DNA from: Saccostrea echinata
Lineage: Eukaryota
Direction: 5' to 3'
Assembly (NCBI RefSeq): GCF_033153115.1
Contig: NW_026889814.1
Span: forward strand, 930,001 to 994,000
DNA length: 64,000 nt
The notes below the pieces were generated by a model that saw only the letters and a program-made list of their open reading frames with translations, was not told the DNA's origin and did not search any database. The translations under genes and the position numbers were made by a program. Positions 47,697-60,199 of this stretch are shown piece by piece; positions within the stretch are counted from its first letter, which is position 1; the number at the start of each line of letters is the position of its first letter.

Positions 47697-48754
47697 CGAG
47701 GGTTGTCCTGTAAAATCGTGGACAAAGCGTTTTTCTCGGAAAATAATGGGCGCACTAAGCTGAAATTTTCAGCAAATGTTTTTTCATCATATTTACGTGC
47801 ATCTTAATCTTTTTGTAAAATATAGACAAAAATAAAGATTTTATTATGCTTGAATGTGCACAGGGTACGGTCCTACGGCCCACGATAAAAAAAAACCAGG
47901 GGTTCATTAGCGAATATACAAGTATTATTTCGAAATAAAAGTATTAAATAGATAAGGTTGGGGTAAAAAATATCCTATTTTTAATTTACTATCTATTATT
48001 TCGTCTTTTGTAAAATATCAAGGCATTTGCTTGATTTTTGGCAGTTTCCTGAGCATTTGAAATGGGAAAGTGGTAAATGCAACACACGAAAACTGGTGAC
48101 GTTACGGCGCACCGGAGAGCAGTTCAGTTTGATTTAGATGTAGTAATGACGCCCTAAGAAACTTTAAATGACTACAGAAGAAAAAATATAAAAAACATCA
48201 CTAGATCTTTAGTATACAAGTGAAATGGGAGTTTTCTAAGCGGAAGCTTTTTGATCGGGTCCCCGGGTAGAAACATACGGACAAACAGCTACTGGCAATA
48301 GCAAAAGACGCTGTCACTGTAGATCGTCGATATAAGGTAGCCTATTTAGTTGAATGATAGTGAGAGTACTGTCCATAACTTACTAATAAATCTTCAGAAG
48401 TTCCCATGTGTGTGCGAGATTGGTTCCTCGACTGTTTATGGAGGAATGAAGGGAGAATCAAGTTTGTGCATCAATGAAATCCCCGAATTTAAGTAGGCTT
48501 ATCTAGCTTTTATTTAGCAAAGAAAAGACGTGGCGCTGCTTTAGACACTTTGACGTTATCATCCGTGCGCCGTAAGGCGATACCACACATTAAATAAAGT
48601 CTCATATTTTGTTTATTTGAGCAGATACCTATTTGAAATTTGCTATATATTTTGATGAAAAATGTACTAAAAAGTAAAGTGAAAGTTTTAGAACGCAGTG
48701 ATGATTATTTTTCAATCTAGACAACCTGTCCACGATTTTACCGAACAACCCTCG
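47697..48754 (+). mobile_element. Mariner-derived non-autonomous element
   Basis: TA|CGAGGGTTGTCCTGTAAAATCGTGGACA ... TGTCCACGATTTTACCGAACAACCCTCG|TA. Remnant CARLVPRL (WVPHEL-type motif) at ~48411. Confidence 0.85.
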
Positions 48755-49016
48755 TAAAACTATACTTTGTGACGTGATTAGTTCAGGTGAAAAATATTAG
48801 AGGAAAAAGTTATTTAATATGTGTATGTTTCAATTACATAAATATCATATATATATATAATGCATTCTACTGCTAAGCACGTCTACGTTTTATCTCTGAA
48901 ACTGCATGGGCTTGACGTCAAGGTATATACTACCTATGCAGGACCCACAGAAGGTCCATAGAATCTCTTAGATGGCTTCTGACTCTGCCTAAACTCATCG
49001 ATCATTAATTGAGAAA

Positions 49017-49427
49017 TAAGGTATCATTTTCAAACATCTATCGGGATATAAATACGGGTTGGTCACGTGATCAAATTCCATAAAGCCCGAAGGGTTTTAT
49101 GGTAAATTTGATCACGTACCAACTGGTATTTATATCCTGATAGATGTTAAAATTACTTATATTTACATTTTTCTTACATTACTTTACTCTTACATTACAC
49201 TTCTTTAAAATATATTTGCCTGAGGTTAATCTTAAATGCATGAAATGTTTTATTTTTCAAAATTCAACGGTACATTTTGATCCGTGAAATGTGCGTCAAC
49301 CTTTTTTGACATCACTGAGAAATAACGTAGAACATTTATGACGTGAGGAACTTGTGTTTATACAGATATAGGTACGCGATACTTAAATAATGTTATCTAA
49401 AAGAATACATTTGCAAATGTAAATATA
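49017..49427 (+). mobile_element. Non-autonomous terminal-hairpin element, copy 3
   Basis: Palindrome 49033-49148 with a CCC-GAA-GGG apex. TATATTTACATTT (49158-49170) pairs with terminal AAATGTAAATATA (49415-49427). Confidence 0.72.
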
Positions 49428-50719
49428 TGGCTGTATCAGGGTTATAATCCTAACATTTTCATCCCCGAAAATGAAATGTTTTAACATCTATATGGTGAAG
49501 CACAAGATTTATATATTTAGAGTGTATGGATTCTGTGGAAAGGGTTAACTTCCCTGCTGTATAGTTCCTCCATATGACTATTGTTAAAAATGTTCTTTAT
49601 TCCCGGGCTCATATTAAATGTAAACTTTGTCTTATTTATGATAGGGATGCAGGGGTATATGAGGAGATATTGATTTCTTCTCTAATACATACACAAGACC
49701 TACATTATGAAAGATTGGACTATACACAGTTTTAAAAGAGGCTTCCGCTTGACAGAGTATCATTCTTGTCAGTAAAAAGGTTATGTTTATTGCTGACAAA
49801 ATATCATGCAACACGCTAAACTTAACAGTCATCTAGATATGGGTTAATCTCCTACAGTTACTTTGAAATGTTTTATTTCAAAACATCCGTAATAAAGGTT
49901 AAGGTTATAGGACAACTATATCTTACGTATGATGATCATGTAGTTAGAGAGAGGTTTACTGGGGGTGAAGCAAAAGACCACTATGCCGCTTGCATATACT
50001 AGTATATCAATGAATTAGTAACGGAGCTGTAGACATAGAGAAAAGATTCAATTTAATTTTAATCCCACCGTTTTTGGTCTTGCAGCAACTAAAGAAGTTT
50101 TATCAAAGTCTATAAAAATCATAGCTACTAAAAAAAATTGTTGTTTTAAATTTTTTAGGTCATATATATTGACTACAAATAGACTACAACAAGAAGCATA
50201 TTTCTCTTTATGAATTTTTAATTTCTATGAACTTTGCCCTGGTGACTAAAACAAAATACATGTTAAGTGTTTTTGTCATTGTGTTTTTTTCTCAAGTCAA
50301 AATACCACTACGACTAATCTGATTTCAGTAATAGTACACGTCATGTAGACTACATTACAATAAAAAGTGCTGGGTAGTGGTTCTTGGTGTCAATAAAAGA
50401 TGTTTTCATGGTCACTTAAATCAAATTATCTGAAAAATTCTTTAAAAATGCTATTAACCCTGGGTTTTTTCTGATTTCAATATTTTGTCCAAAGTATGAT
50501 ACATAATTCTATTTTTCTCTTCTTTTTATATTTGTATGGACTTTGTTGTTGACAGGTTTACTAAATAACGATGGATCTGTTAAAAATTCTAAAAGTTTTT
50601 CTTGTTGTTCATTTTTGAATCTGTAATGATGAAAAAAAAAATTGGTACGCAAGTAAAGTACACCAGAACTCGTACTTTTCAATTCGAGGGATGTGTTGCC
50701 ATGCTTACTAAGAATAGAA

Positions 50720-51440
50720 TAAATTATGAAGCTCTTCAAATGTCATTCCTCAATAGTGTTGACCTGATTATATTTAAACTTTAACATTAAAAGAAGAAAT
50801 TTCTTGTTATGACCTTTAATTCGACATTTACATATATCATCAGCGTTTTATCAACTAAGAATATTCATTTTCATTCAAACGTTCATTCGATATATATCCT
50901 ATCGAACCCGAAATAAAAGACACCACAGAGTATGACACGTCTGTTTCATATCTTGATGTTTTACTAAAAAGACATTGATGGCAAACTTACAACTAAACTT
51001 TATGATAAACGTAATGATTACAGCTTTTCTATCGTAAACTTCCCTTATTTATGTAGCAATATACCATTATCACCTGCATATGGGGATTATTTCTTCCAGT
51101 TGTTTCGACACGCAAGAGTATGTTCTAGGTATGATCAATTCCTAAAAAAGAGTTACTGACAAATAAGCTGATGATTCATGGATATCAAGAATCTCGTTTA
51201 CAGTCAACATTTTGCGAATTCTTTGGTGGACACAATGACCTTTTTTGCAACTACAATCTTAGGTCGAAATCTTACTTTCTTACGAATTGAATTGTTAGGT
51301 CATTATTTTCACACTTAATTGTCTACGGATTTCTCCGTTTACCCGATCATGACAAAGAGCACATGGCGAGTGTGGGCGTTTGACAGGGGATACTCACTCC
51401 TCGATGGTAAGTTATCCAGCCTCTATTCTCAGAGGTCCCT
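50720..51440 (+). pseudogene. Penelope-like element, 3' part of RT (degenerate)
   Basis: MTFNSTF...EIKDTTE...SYLDVLL...GKLTTKLYDKR.D.SFSIVNFPYLCSNIPLSPAYG. Same family as 53088-53520 and 63860-64000. Confidence 0.8.
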
Positions 51441-51557
51441 CGCTCACAACTTGTATTGATTGGACTTTGAACATGACTACCCTTACTGAGCATGCTCCGA
51501 GTACGATCAACTTTTAAACAGAGGCAGAATGTTTCAGGGATGCCCCCGATTTGTATT

Positions 51558-51896
51558 GTGCATCAAAATTGGCACCGTATATGATTTACATTATGACCCC
51601 TGGGTCGAGGCCTCTGCGGGTGGACTGTTAGTCCCCGAAGGTCTCTACAGCCCAGTAGCTAAGTACTTCGGTACTAGTTTTAAAATACGGGCATATATTT
51701 GAGGTAGTCCGATCCTCAGATTCTGAAAACCAGCTTTTAAGTAATTGAAAATGCTCACAAAAATGTCTCTGATTTCACATAGTAACGTGAATTTACCCAT
51801 GGAATTTCTTCAAAGAAATAAGCATCACTGAAGAGACATAATTTGTCGAAATGCAGATCTGGTGCATCAAAATTGGTACCGTATATGATTTACATT
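51558..51896 (+). repeat. Penelope pseudo-LTR / retrozyme-like unit: 304-bp period with a 35-bp terminal direct repeat
   Basis: GTGCATCAAAATTGG(C/T)ACCGTATATGATTTACATT at 51558-51592 and 51862-51896. Confidence 0.7.
51828..51868 (+). ncRNA. Minimal hammerhead ribozyme motif
   Basis: CUGAAGA core, stem II GACA/UGUC, GAAA, stem III UGCA/UGCA, and AUC cleavage triplet ending at 51868. Stem I is not evident locally. Confidence 0.7.
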
Positions 51897-52837
51897 GTTT
51901 CAATGGACTTTTGAGCTTGATTTTTGCTCGTTATCTCCATATTTGATCTCAATCAAAGTCAGCATTTCTAAAATTCCTGGTTCATAATAATTAACTTGTT
52001 AGCAAATACATTTATTTTTCCATTTTTTTTTTTATTTTCAAGGTTATACATATTTTAGAATCTTAATGCCAAATTTACAAATACCCATGAAGGACATAAC
52101 TTTTATGAAAACGGAATATAATACAATAGTATGGTGCTGTGAACTCAGAAAAAATATGTTATTGTTCGGACACATTTTATATATTTTCTTACAAATAAGA
52201 TAATAGTTCTGACAGGTTATTGTTCTTCGCTCGGACAAACAAGATATTTGTGTGGACCAATAAGTCCTTCCTTTGGATAAATAAATAAACTTAGACGAAT
52301 GAGATTAAAATGTTTTGAACAGAATTGTTCGGACAAACTGGATAGTTGCTTGAACAACTTAGCAGATTACATATTTGTTCGAACAGATTTGATATTTCTA
52401 CAAGATTTATCATTCTTCTGATAAAGTTGATCATCCAGAAAATCAAAATAGTACATGTATAAGCACATGGATTAAACTTTGTGCGACGAGATATGGATAT
52501 CTGTGTTGTGGTCAAGTTTTTTATTGATTCTGTTCTTTTGTGGGTTTTTTAGGGTTTCATAGAAGTTTTACTTGCAGTTCAGGTTAAAATTGCTTGCATC
52601 TCCACTTTTGTTTGCTATATACAACGGATAGTTAATTATTGCTTGTTCTTTCAGTTTTTATGAAAATGTATTAAAAATATCTAAAATCACACAATTCTTT
52701 TTCTAATGAATGATTAGATACTTTAGCTATATGTCCGAAAATTACATATATGTTACACTGTTAAAATAATTGACTTAAAAATGCATGCCCTTAAGCGCAA
52801 CTTGATTATACGGTAGATAGACATTATAAACAAATTT

Positions 52838-52839
<2 letters not shown>

Positions 52840-52887
<48 letters not shown>
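52840..52887. repeat. (CT)n microsatellite
   Basis: About 23 CT units. Confidence 0.95.
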
Positions 52888-52889
<2 letters not shown>

Positions 52890-52974
52890 AATGTATGTTT
52901 TTTTATATCTTCTGAAAAATACTCAAGAAAAGTAATGTCAATATTAATTGTATTGATCTGGAATCATTCTTAGA

Positions 52975-53730
52975 TTTTGTTCAAATCCTGACACCGGAGG
53001 AAGGGGTTTTCAATAGGCAATCAAATTCTTACATAGAAATATAAAAGAAACACATCAAAAATCCTCTCAAGAACGGTAAAGGCATGAGTCACCTGCATAT
53101 GGGATTTATGTCTCTCAGTTGATTCGATACACAAGAGCATGCTCTACGTATGAACAATTTCTAAAACGAGGCAAGATATTGACAAACATGTTGATGAAAT
53201 TAGGATATTAACAGTCTCGTTTGAAGTCATCTTTTCACAAGTTTTACGGTCGATACAATGACCTTGTCATCACATACAACCTAGCATTGAGTCAAATGCT
53301 GACTGACGTTTTTCATACTAATTGTAAGACCATTATTTATACACTGAACTTTCTAAGGATTTTTCCGGGTTTTATTCCCGATCATTACAAGGAGCACACG
53401 GCGGGTGTGACCGGTCGACAGGGGATGCTCACACCTCCATGGCACCTGATCCCACCTCTAAATTTTGAGGTCCAAATTTGTATCATTTCCTTAGACTTTC
53501 GAGATTGAATACTGTTCGTTATTTTCATATTTCATTGTATAAATATAGAAGTAGTATAGATTCAGGTAGTATAGATTCAGTTTATTTCAAATTCTGGTCC
53601 TGGGGGTGAGGAGAATCCACAATAGAGGATCAGAGTTTTACATAGGTATATATAGGGGAATCTGCTGACAGAGAACTGTAAAGCCAAGTAGTGACTAGGT
53701 TAAGAGTTGTGGCCCATGGGCTTTTTGTCT
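52975..53730 (+). mobile_element. Degenerate Helentron-associated (HINE-like) element interrupted by a Penelope fragment (53088-53520)
   Basis: Two copies of TCAAAT.CTG...TTACATAG...AGAAC. Terminal GTGGCCCATGGGC palindrome. The inner segment encodes SPAYGIYVSQLIRYTRACS...LKSSFHKFYGRY. Confidence 0.6.
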
Positions 53731-54259
53731 TTCACTCTTGTAGAGATTACACAAAAAATTCTTTGCACTTTATAATATTGTCACTTCTTCCTTAGAAAAT
53801 ATAGAAATCACATGAAATCTTAAGTGTATTACTGAATCAACTTGCCTGTTTTTCAAGCAAAGTAGATGAGTTTTACAGATAAGTGTTTAAAGAGCTAAGG
53901 AAGGAAGTCTGCAAATATATTTTACTTAGAGAAAAATACGCATTTTGTTTAATATCACGTGACTCTTGCACAACAACTCTATCGACGGCCACGAAAGGGT
54001 AGGTTATTTAATGACTTGTCTAACGTGGAAAAAATATACAGAAACAATCTTAATTATATATGGTTTATATATATTGATATTTTGAATTTATTTAATTTGC
54101 AGATACAGTTGTGAAAAAATATATGCTACACATAGATTATATGCATCCTTTTGATCGACCAGGATTTCACTTGATGTAAGATCCATCTCACTTGTTGGCC
54201 TGGGAAACTGAGAGCTTTTTATTCGAGATGGAGGGTTGGCTGTAAAGAGGTTTGTTATT

Positions 54260-54791
54260 ATACAATCAATTACCCCTTATGAGGTCAACATGGTGAAATA
54301 AGGACCCGAGACTTGACCTGACCTGCGCGGCCTCGGTCAGGTCAGGTCAGCGAGTGGGCCAGGTCTCGGGTCCTTATTTCACCATGTTGAACTCATAAGG
54401 AGTAATCAATTGCTTTATTATACCGATATAAGTTAAGACAATTTTTGTAGGCGACCTACGAACTGTTATTATCAGTGTTTCATCGGGATCGGGATTCGCT
54501 AGTGAAGTTGTTTACTTTTCGCCTGCAAGTCTTGTAAGTTTTTGCACCGCCGATTTATGAAAACACTCTGTGATTGTCAGTAACATGCATTTTTATAAAT
54601 TCACAAATACCATTCCCGAGTACAATGACAATCAGGTTTATACTTTTACTGTACAAAAGAGCCAAGTCTGCATTCGTTGAATTTGACATTCATTGTAACG
54701 AAAGTTTCAATGAAAACGATAAATTTTTTGACGCATCAAAAGGACAATCGTATTTCGTATCATAAAAAGACTATGCATATTTTTTTAACGG

Positions 54792-54831
<40 letters not shown>

Positions 54832-55059
54832 TAGTGAACAGTCATTACTTTATGCATTAATTTTTAAATTTGAATGGAATTTAGATTAACAGGTCATTTT
54901 TAGCGGTCATTATTTATAATGACCAGGTCATTATACCCCACGTGCAATGATTCCTAGGTCATTATTGCTGTAAATAGTACTTTTTGGAGTCATTATTGAG
55001 TGTAAAAGCCTTCTAACAAGCCAATCAAATTTGAGTATTCTTAATAGATGTATGATAAA
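54260..55059 (+). mobile_element. Non-autonomous terminal-hairpin element, copy 4
   Basis: Palindrome ~54269-54406 with a branched GC-rich apex. TTTATTATAC (54414-54423) pairs imperfectly with terminal GTATGATAAA (55050-55059). Confidence 0.6.
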
Positions 55060-57942
55060 ACAATTTCTTAAACTTTAAAAATTTATAAATTTAATGTTCA
55101 ATGTTTAGCTATAGTGAAGTTATATTTCAGTTTTTTGTACAATGTTATGTAACGTGTTTATCTGAGCACACATTAGACAATCAGGGTTCTTTATAAGGGA
55201 TATATAATTTTCCTTGTACTTTGTCTGAGTTAAATGATTTGATAATAATTTTCCTATTACTCTTCCTGATTATAATTACTCTGTATATAGTTAGGAGTCA
55301 ATATATATCAGAGTTTTACTGGGTGCTACAGTATGTTTAAAGGACTAAATGTGACTGGGTAACCCGTCACCGCGTATTCTTGGTATAAGGGTTCCTATTA
55401 ATATAGTGAATCAGGCGCCTTGATCTACTTCCTGGCCCCAAAACTAATTCCACAAATACAACTACCGCTGGTGAGCTTATTCAAATTCCTACCCTAGCAT
55501 TACTTCGTCGACTATTATGTCTACTTTTTGCCTTCTAACCGCACTCTGCAGACTTCACAGCAATTCTGCCTCAGCTGCCAGCTGCTCTGACTTATACACC
55601 CTTTGGGCAGTTCATTTCCAAGGAATATCAGATTATTCCATTTTCATGGGTGTGTTCTATTACGTTTCACTTATTAGTAATTTTATTTTAATAACTGGGA
55701 CCTAAGGGTGTCTTTGTAAAACATAAAATTTATTTATGTCTAACCTACAACTAGGTCACAGAATTAGAATCTTGACAGAACTTGAAATAATTCCACAGTC
55801 TACAGACTTTGCTTGCTGACATTGGCTGGTACATGTACGAGGAAAGAAGAATTCAACATTTCTATAATGTTTTGTACTTCTTTAACAGAATGTTGATTTC
55901 AAGAAGGTATACGTTCTGTTTTCGTGCCAGGTCTGCTACGTTGACAGAGTGAGTGAACATATATTTGTCAAAAGAAAAAGTAAAGTATGTCACTCGTCAG
56001 CTTTTAAGAAAATTTCGGTCAGAACCTTTTATTTCAAAACTATTCATAACATTTCAATTTTTATAACATATTTGAAATAAAAAATGCAAATAATACAATG
56101 TTCAATTAAAAAAATGCTCACAAAGTCATAAAGAAACAAGATTTATGGGGGAATTTTTCTTGTTGTGGAAGGATATTAAGAAGAATATTCTTCAAATCTA
56201 CGCATTTGTTACATGTACACTTAATATCGTGGAACTTTAGACCCACATATTTTAACTCAGAAAATATGTTCCCTTATTATATGCTAGGAATTGTATATTT
56301 TTAAAACAAATTCTACACATTCACTCAACAGACATTGCCAAAAAATGAAAATGTATAAAAGAAGTCTAGATAAAAGGATGACCGCACTTAAGGACATGCG
56401 AAATTTGCGACAAAATAAACTTTCTACACAAGCATTTTTCTTTTCATTGCAAAAATGGTCAACATCCAGTCTACAACTTTATGTAATTACGTTTAATAAA
56501 TGTGTGTATTTACGAAGTTCGAATCTGTTTTCAAAGGCAGGGATCATCACAATTTCATGAATCTCCGTTCGATTATGAGGACGCCCACTTTTTTACTGAC
56601 TTTATACATAGTCAGCGCATGTTTGTCTATTGTTCTACGTTCATCAGTAGTTGTATATTTGCAGAATTAATAATATGTCAAAAGGAGATTAATAGACAAA
56701 CATGCGCTTATGGTTAAAAAAAAAAAACTGCTTCTTCTTATATTCGCTCTCTGTGTTGTAACCAAGGATTGTAACATGTTGAATATTATAATTCACCACG
56801 AGATTTCTTGCCTCAGGTAACTTTGTGAATACTTAATTCCGTCACGTGACTTGTAAGTTAGCATGTTTTGTGCTAACTAGGATATTGTGTTCGAACCCTT
56901 TAAGTCATCTGGCATTGATATTAAATCTGCTTTAATTACATATTGTTAATTTCGTTTTGAAACCTTTATCAAAAGTGTATTTGTGCCGTACAGAATAGAG
57001 AGGGAGATTGGAGAGTTATCACGTTCTTTTTTTCAAATATGTCATTGTTATTTATCAATTGTAATATTAGACCATTCTTACAATGTTAGCTCCACCTCTC
57101 TTGCATATCTAATGTTCAATCAAGGGCAGGTAAGTGTAAATTCACTATATTTCGCAGTAAGGGCAAAAAACATTGAATCATTTTATTGTATCACAGTCTA
57201 AAATCATTATAAGATTTAAATTTGGTTCCAAATTGACAGGATTCTTTCATAAGCATACAAAAGTGAAATAAGGTTTAGATGTAAAAGCAACAGAGGCAAC
57301 CGAAAAAGACCCCCAGAACAGGCATTAAGTGCAGTCATCCTTTACATTTTTTTTTTTTTTTTTTTTTTTTTTTTCTTTTGTCTGAAAATCGAGTATTTTG
57401 ACCAGTATCTTAAAATTTACATCACAGACACCAGTCATTAAAAGTTTGATACAAGAAAATATTTTGTTGCCTTTTTTAAATTTTTAATACCCCGATTATG
57501 ACATTTTTTTAATGCAATAAGGTCAAGCAATAATTTATGCGTATTAATTTGTATGATATGTTCAATGATACATATCTCAGATTATTTTACGTAAAATAAG
57601 ATTATATTTATTGTCATAATTAAATAAATATGATAATGATTAATCAAAGAGTCACAATTTAAGTGCAAAAAGGTCAAATTAAATGCACCGTTGCACAGTA
57701 CGATGCACACTGGCCCTCGATTTCCTTTACGATTTTGAATTATGCAATAGGAAAACCTATCTAAAATATACTTCTCAAAAATCCTTGATATAACTAATTT
57801 CATGAGTGACATACCTTAAGTCTGTCTTGGGGCCTAGATTCGATGGAACATGACCTTGTTTCTATGAAATTATTACAGAAATAAAGTGGACTAACGCTCA
57901 TAATTAACAATTTCTCTTACTTTTTCTTTCATAGATAAAAGG

Positions 57943-59607
57943 ATGGCTTCATTAAATTTAAGACAAGGACAACATTACTTAGAATGTGATATTTGTAAAA
58001 GTCCTGTCGTCTTCACGTGCAAAAAATGTGTCGTTAAATTATGCAGCGTATGTGTAGGACCTCACATGCTTATCAAATCCGAAAATGGTCATGATGTTAC
58101 AAAATACAATAAACAAAGCAAACTCGAAGGTGGAGAATGCAAGAACCACCCCAAGCAACACTGTAGCGCCTTCTGCAATAATTGTGATATTCCTATCTGT
58201 GTTTTATGTGTATTGAACAAGCACAAGACACATGATATTATCGAATTATCCGAGAAAGTCGACAAATTATCCGATTTCATCACGAAAGAAAATAAGCGAC
58301 TACAGTCGGTGCAATCAGAATTGGAAAGAATATTGGAACATATAGGTAAAAGATCGGCAGCACTTCGACGTGTTTACAAACAGAAAAAAGATAAGGTTTC
58401 ATCACATGCCAAAAACTGGCATAAGGAGATTGATAAAGCAGAAAAGGCATTGCAGAAGGACCTTGATGAATTGCAAGAAAAGCATGCAAGTGTATTACTG
58501 AAGCAGAAAAAAGAATTTGAAGAAATACTAAAGAAATTGAAAAATCTTAAACAATCAGTCGTTAGCTTAGTAAAGTCCAAAGATGTCTCTGGTTTAATGG
58601 AACTTAAGCTTGATATTGAGAATCAACAGCTGCCCAGCTTTATAGAAGAAACACGGCCGGCATTCTTCCAGCCTTGCAAGTTTAATGAAAGTTATACAAC
58701 ATCGTACTTCGGTTACATAGAGACACTAGAATCGTGCAAACTGACAATTGACGATCTAACACAACAAGATCAAATCTCTTCACCACTACAAGCTCTAGAT
58801 ATACCTACAGTTCTGTCTATCTTTGATACAGCGTTCCCTGCCAACAAAGAAAACAACAACAGGCTGTATGACATAGTTCCCCTTGGTCATGACAGAGTTT
58901 GGGCAGGAGGAAACAGTAATGAGCTCAATCTTTTTGATCTCAAGGGCAGTCTCCACGACACTGTCACTATCACGTGTTTCGGTATGTACCTAACCCTTCA
59001 TGGTGGACACGTGGTGTACTCTGATACAAATGATAAAACCGTAAAGAAGATTATAGACGGTAAGGCGAATACGTTATTCTGTACCGGGGAGTGGGAACCT
59101 TACGGTGTCACCTGTACCGCGGCACAGGATTTCCTGGTCTGTCTCCGGACGACAGATCAAGCAGAGTCTAAGGTCGTTAGGTACAGAAGTTCCGGTGACG
59201 TGCTGCAGGAAATCCAGTACGACTCCCAGTACCAGCCCCTGTTTAAGTATACTGTTTACGTGGTGGAGAATGGTAACAGCGACATTTGTGTAGCTGACTA
59301 CGATAAAAAAGCCGTCACAGTCGTTGACAAGTTTGGAATATTCAGGTTCTCCTATATAGGGAACAAAACATACAAGGAAAACTTCATACCTACCTCCCTA
59401 ACTACAGACAGCTTGCATCACATCATCATCACTGACTATTTTAACGACAAAATTCACATGCTGGACAGGGATGGTCGATTCCTGAGGTATATTATTCCTT
59501 ATCAGGGAATACGGGATCCGCGCGCCGTGTGTGTCGTAAGGGAGGGGGAGTTGATAGTGGGGGAAAGCATAACAGGAATTATCGAGAGAATAAAGTACTT
59601 ACAATAA
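57943..59607 (+). CDS. RING-less TRIM-like protein: two B-boxes, coiled coil, NHL-like beta-propeller (554 aa, single coding exon)
   Basis: CDIC..C..C...LCSVCVGPH and CKNH...FCNNCDIPICVLC...HKTH. Long Lys/Glu heptad region. WEPYGV, NGNSDICVAD, PTSLTTD..HIIITD, PRAVCV repeats. Acceptor TTTCATAG ends at 57934. Confidence 0.9.
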   Translation: MASLNLRQGQHYLECDICKSPVVFTCKKCVVKLCSVCVGPHMLIKSENGHDVTKYNKQSKLEGGECKNHPKQHCSAFCNNCDIPICVLCVLNKHKTHDIIELSEKVDKLSDFITKENKRLQSVQSELERILEHIGKRSAALRRVYKQKKDKVSSHAKNWHKEIDKAEKALQKDLDELQEKHASVLLKQKKEFEEILKKLKNLKQSVVSLVKSKDVSGLMELKLDIENQQLPSFIEETRPAFFQPCKFNESYTTSYFGYIETLESCKLTIDDLTQQDQISSPLQALDIPTVLSIFDTAFPANKENNNRLYDIVPLGHDRVWAGGNSNELNLFDLKGSLHDTVTITCFGMYLTLHGGHVVYSDTNDKTVKKIIDGKANTLFCTGEWEPYGVTCTAAQDFLVCLRTTDQAESKVVRYRSSGDVLQEIQYDSQYQPLFKYTVYVVENGNSDICVADYDKKAVTVVDKFGIFRFSYIGNKTYKENFIPTSLTTDSLHHIIITDYFNDKIHMLDRDGRFLRYIIPYQGIRDPRAVCVVREGELIVGESITGIIERIKYLQ

Positions 59608-60199
59608 GTAGGAAGTCTGATGACAATAAATCTACTTGAAGTGTGATACGAGTTCTATATTCCATTACTAGTACCTTAAAGCTGAACATGATTCGTAAAA
59701 GGAAGAGAGTTACCTTTGCCTGCCATATTAGATTTATCAAGACCGTCGATCTCAAGCCACTATATAAGCCTCCGCTTTGTACAAAGTTCAATGTATTTTG
59801 CTTCACAAACTAAACCAGAAAGGATTTCTCCTTCATTGTCATTGTATTACACTTGGGGGCGACAAAAATGACTTCTGTTTGATACTGCCAAAAAAGTTAC
59901 CAAATATATTTGATATCAAATGCACAGATCAATTTGAAAAAGGGAAATACAATGTAAACACAAATGCACGTTCCATGAAATAAAATGTAAACAAAGAGGA
60001 CAATGTAAAAGACATACATGTACTACTCGTAGCACAAGGTAAAAGCAATTAAGTGTAACAAATTCGAAGGGTTTATATACCCCAGTGCTGACATAATGAT
60101 AGGAAAATTAAAGTGGCGTATGCCTATTTACGAGTCATGTTCAGCTTTAATGAATTGAAAATAACAGATATCGACGTAGCAGTTATCTAAACATTCTGA

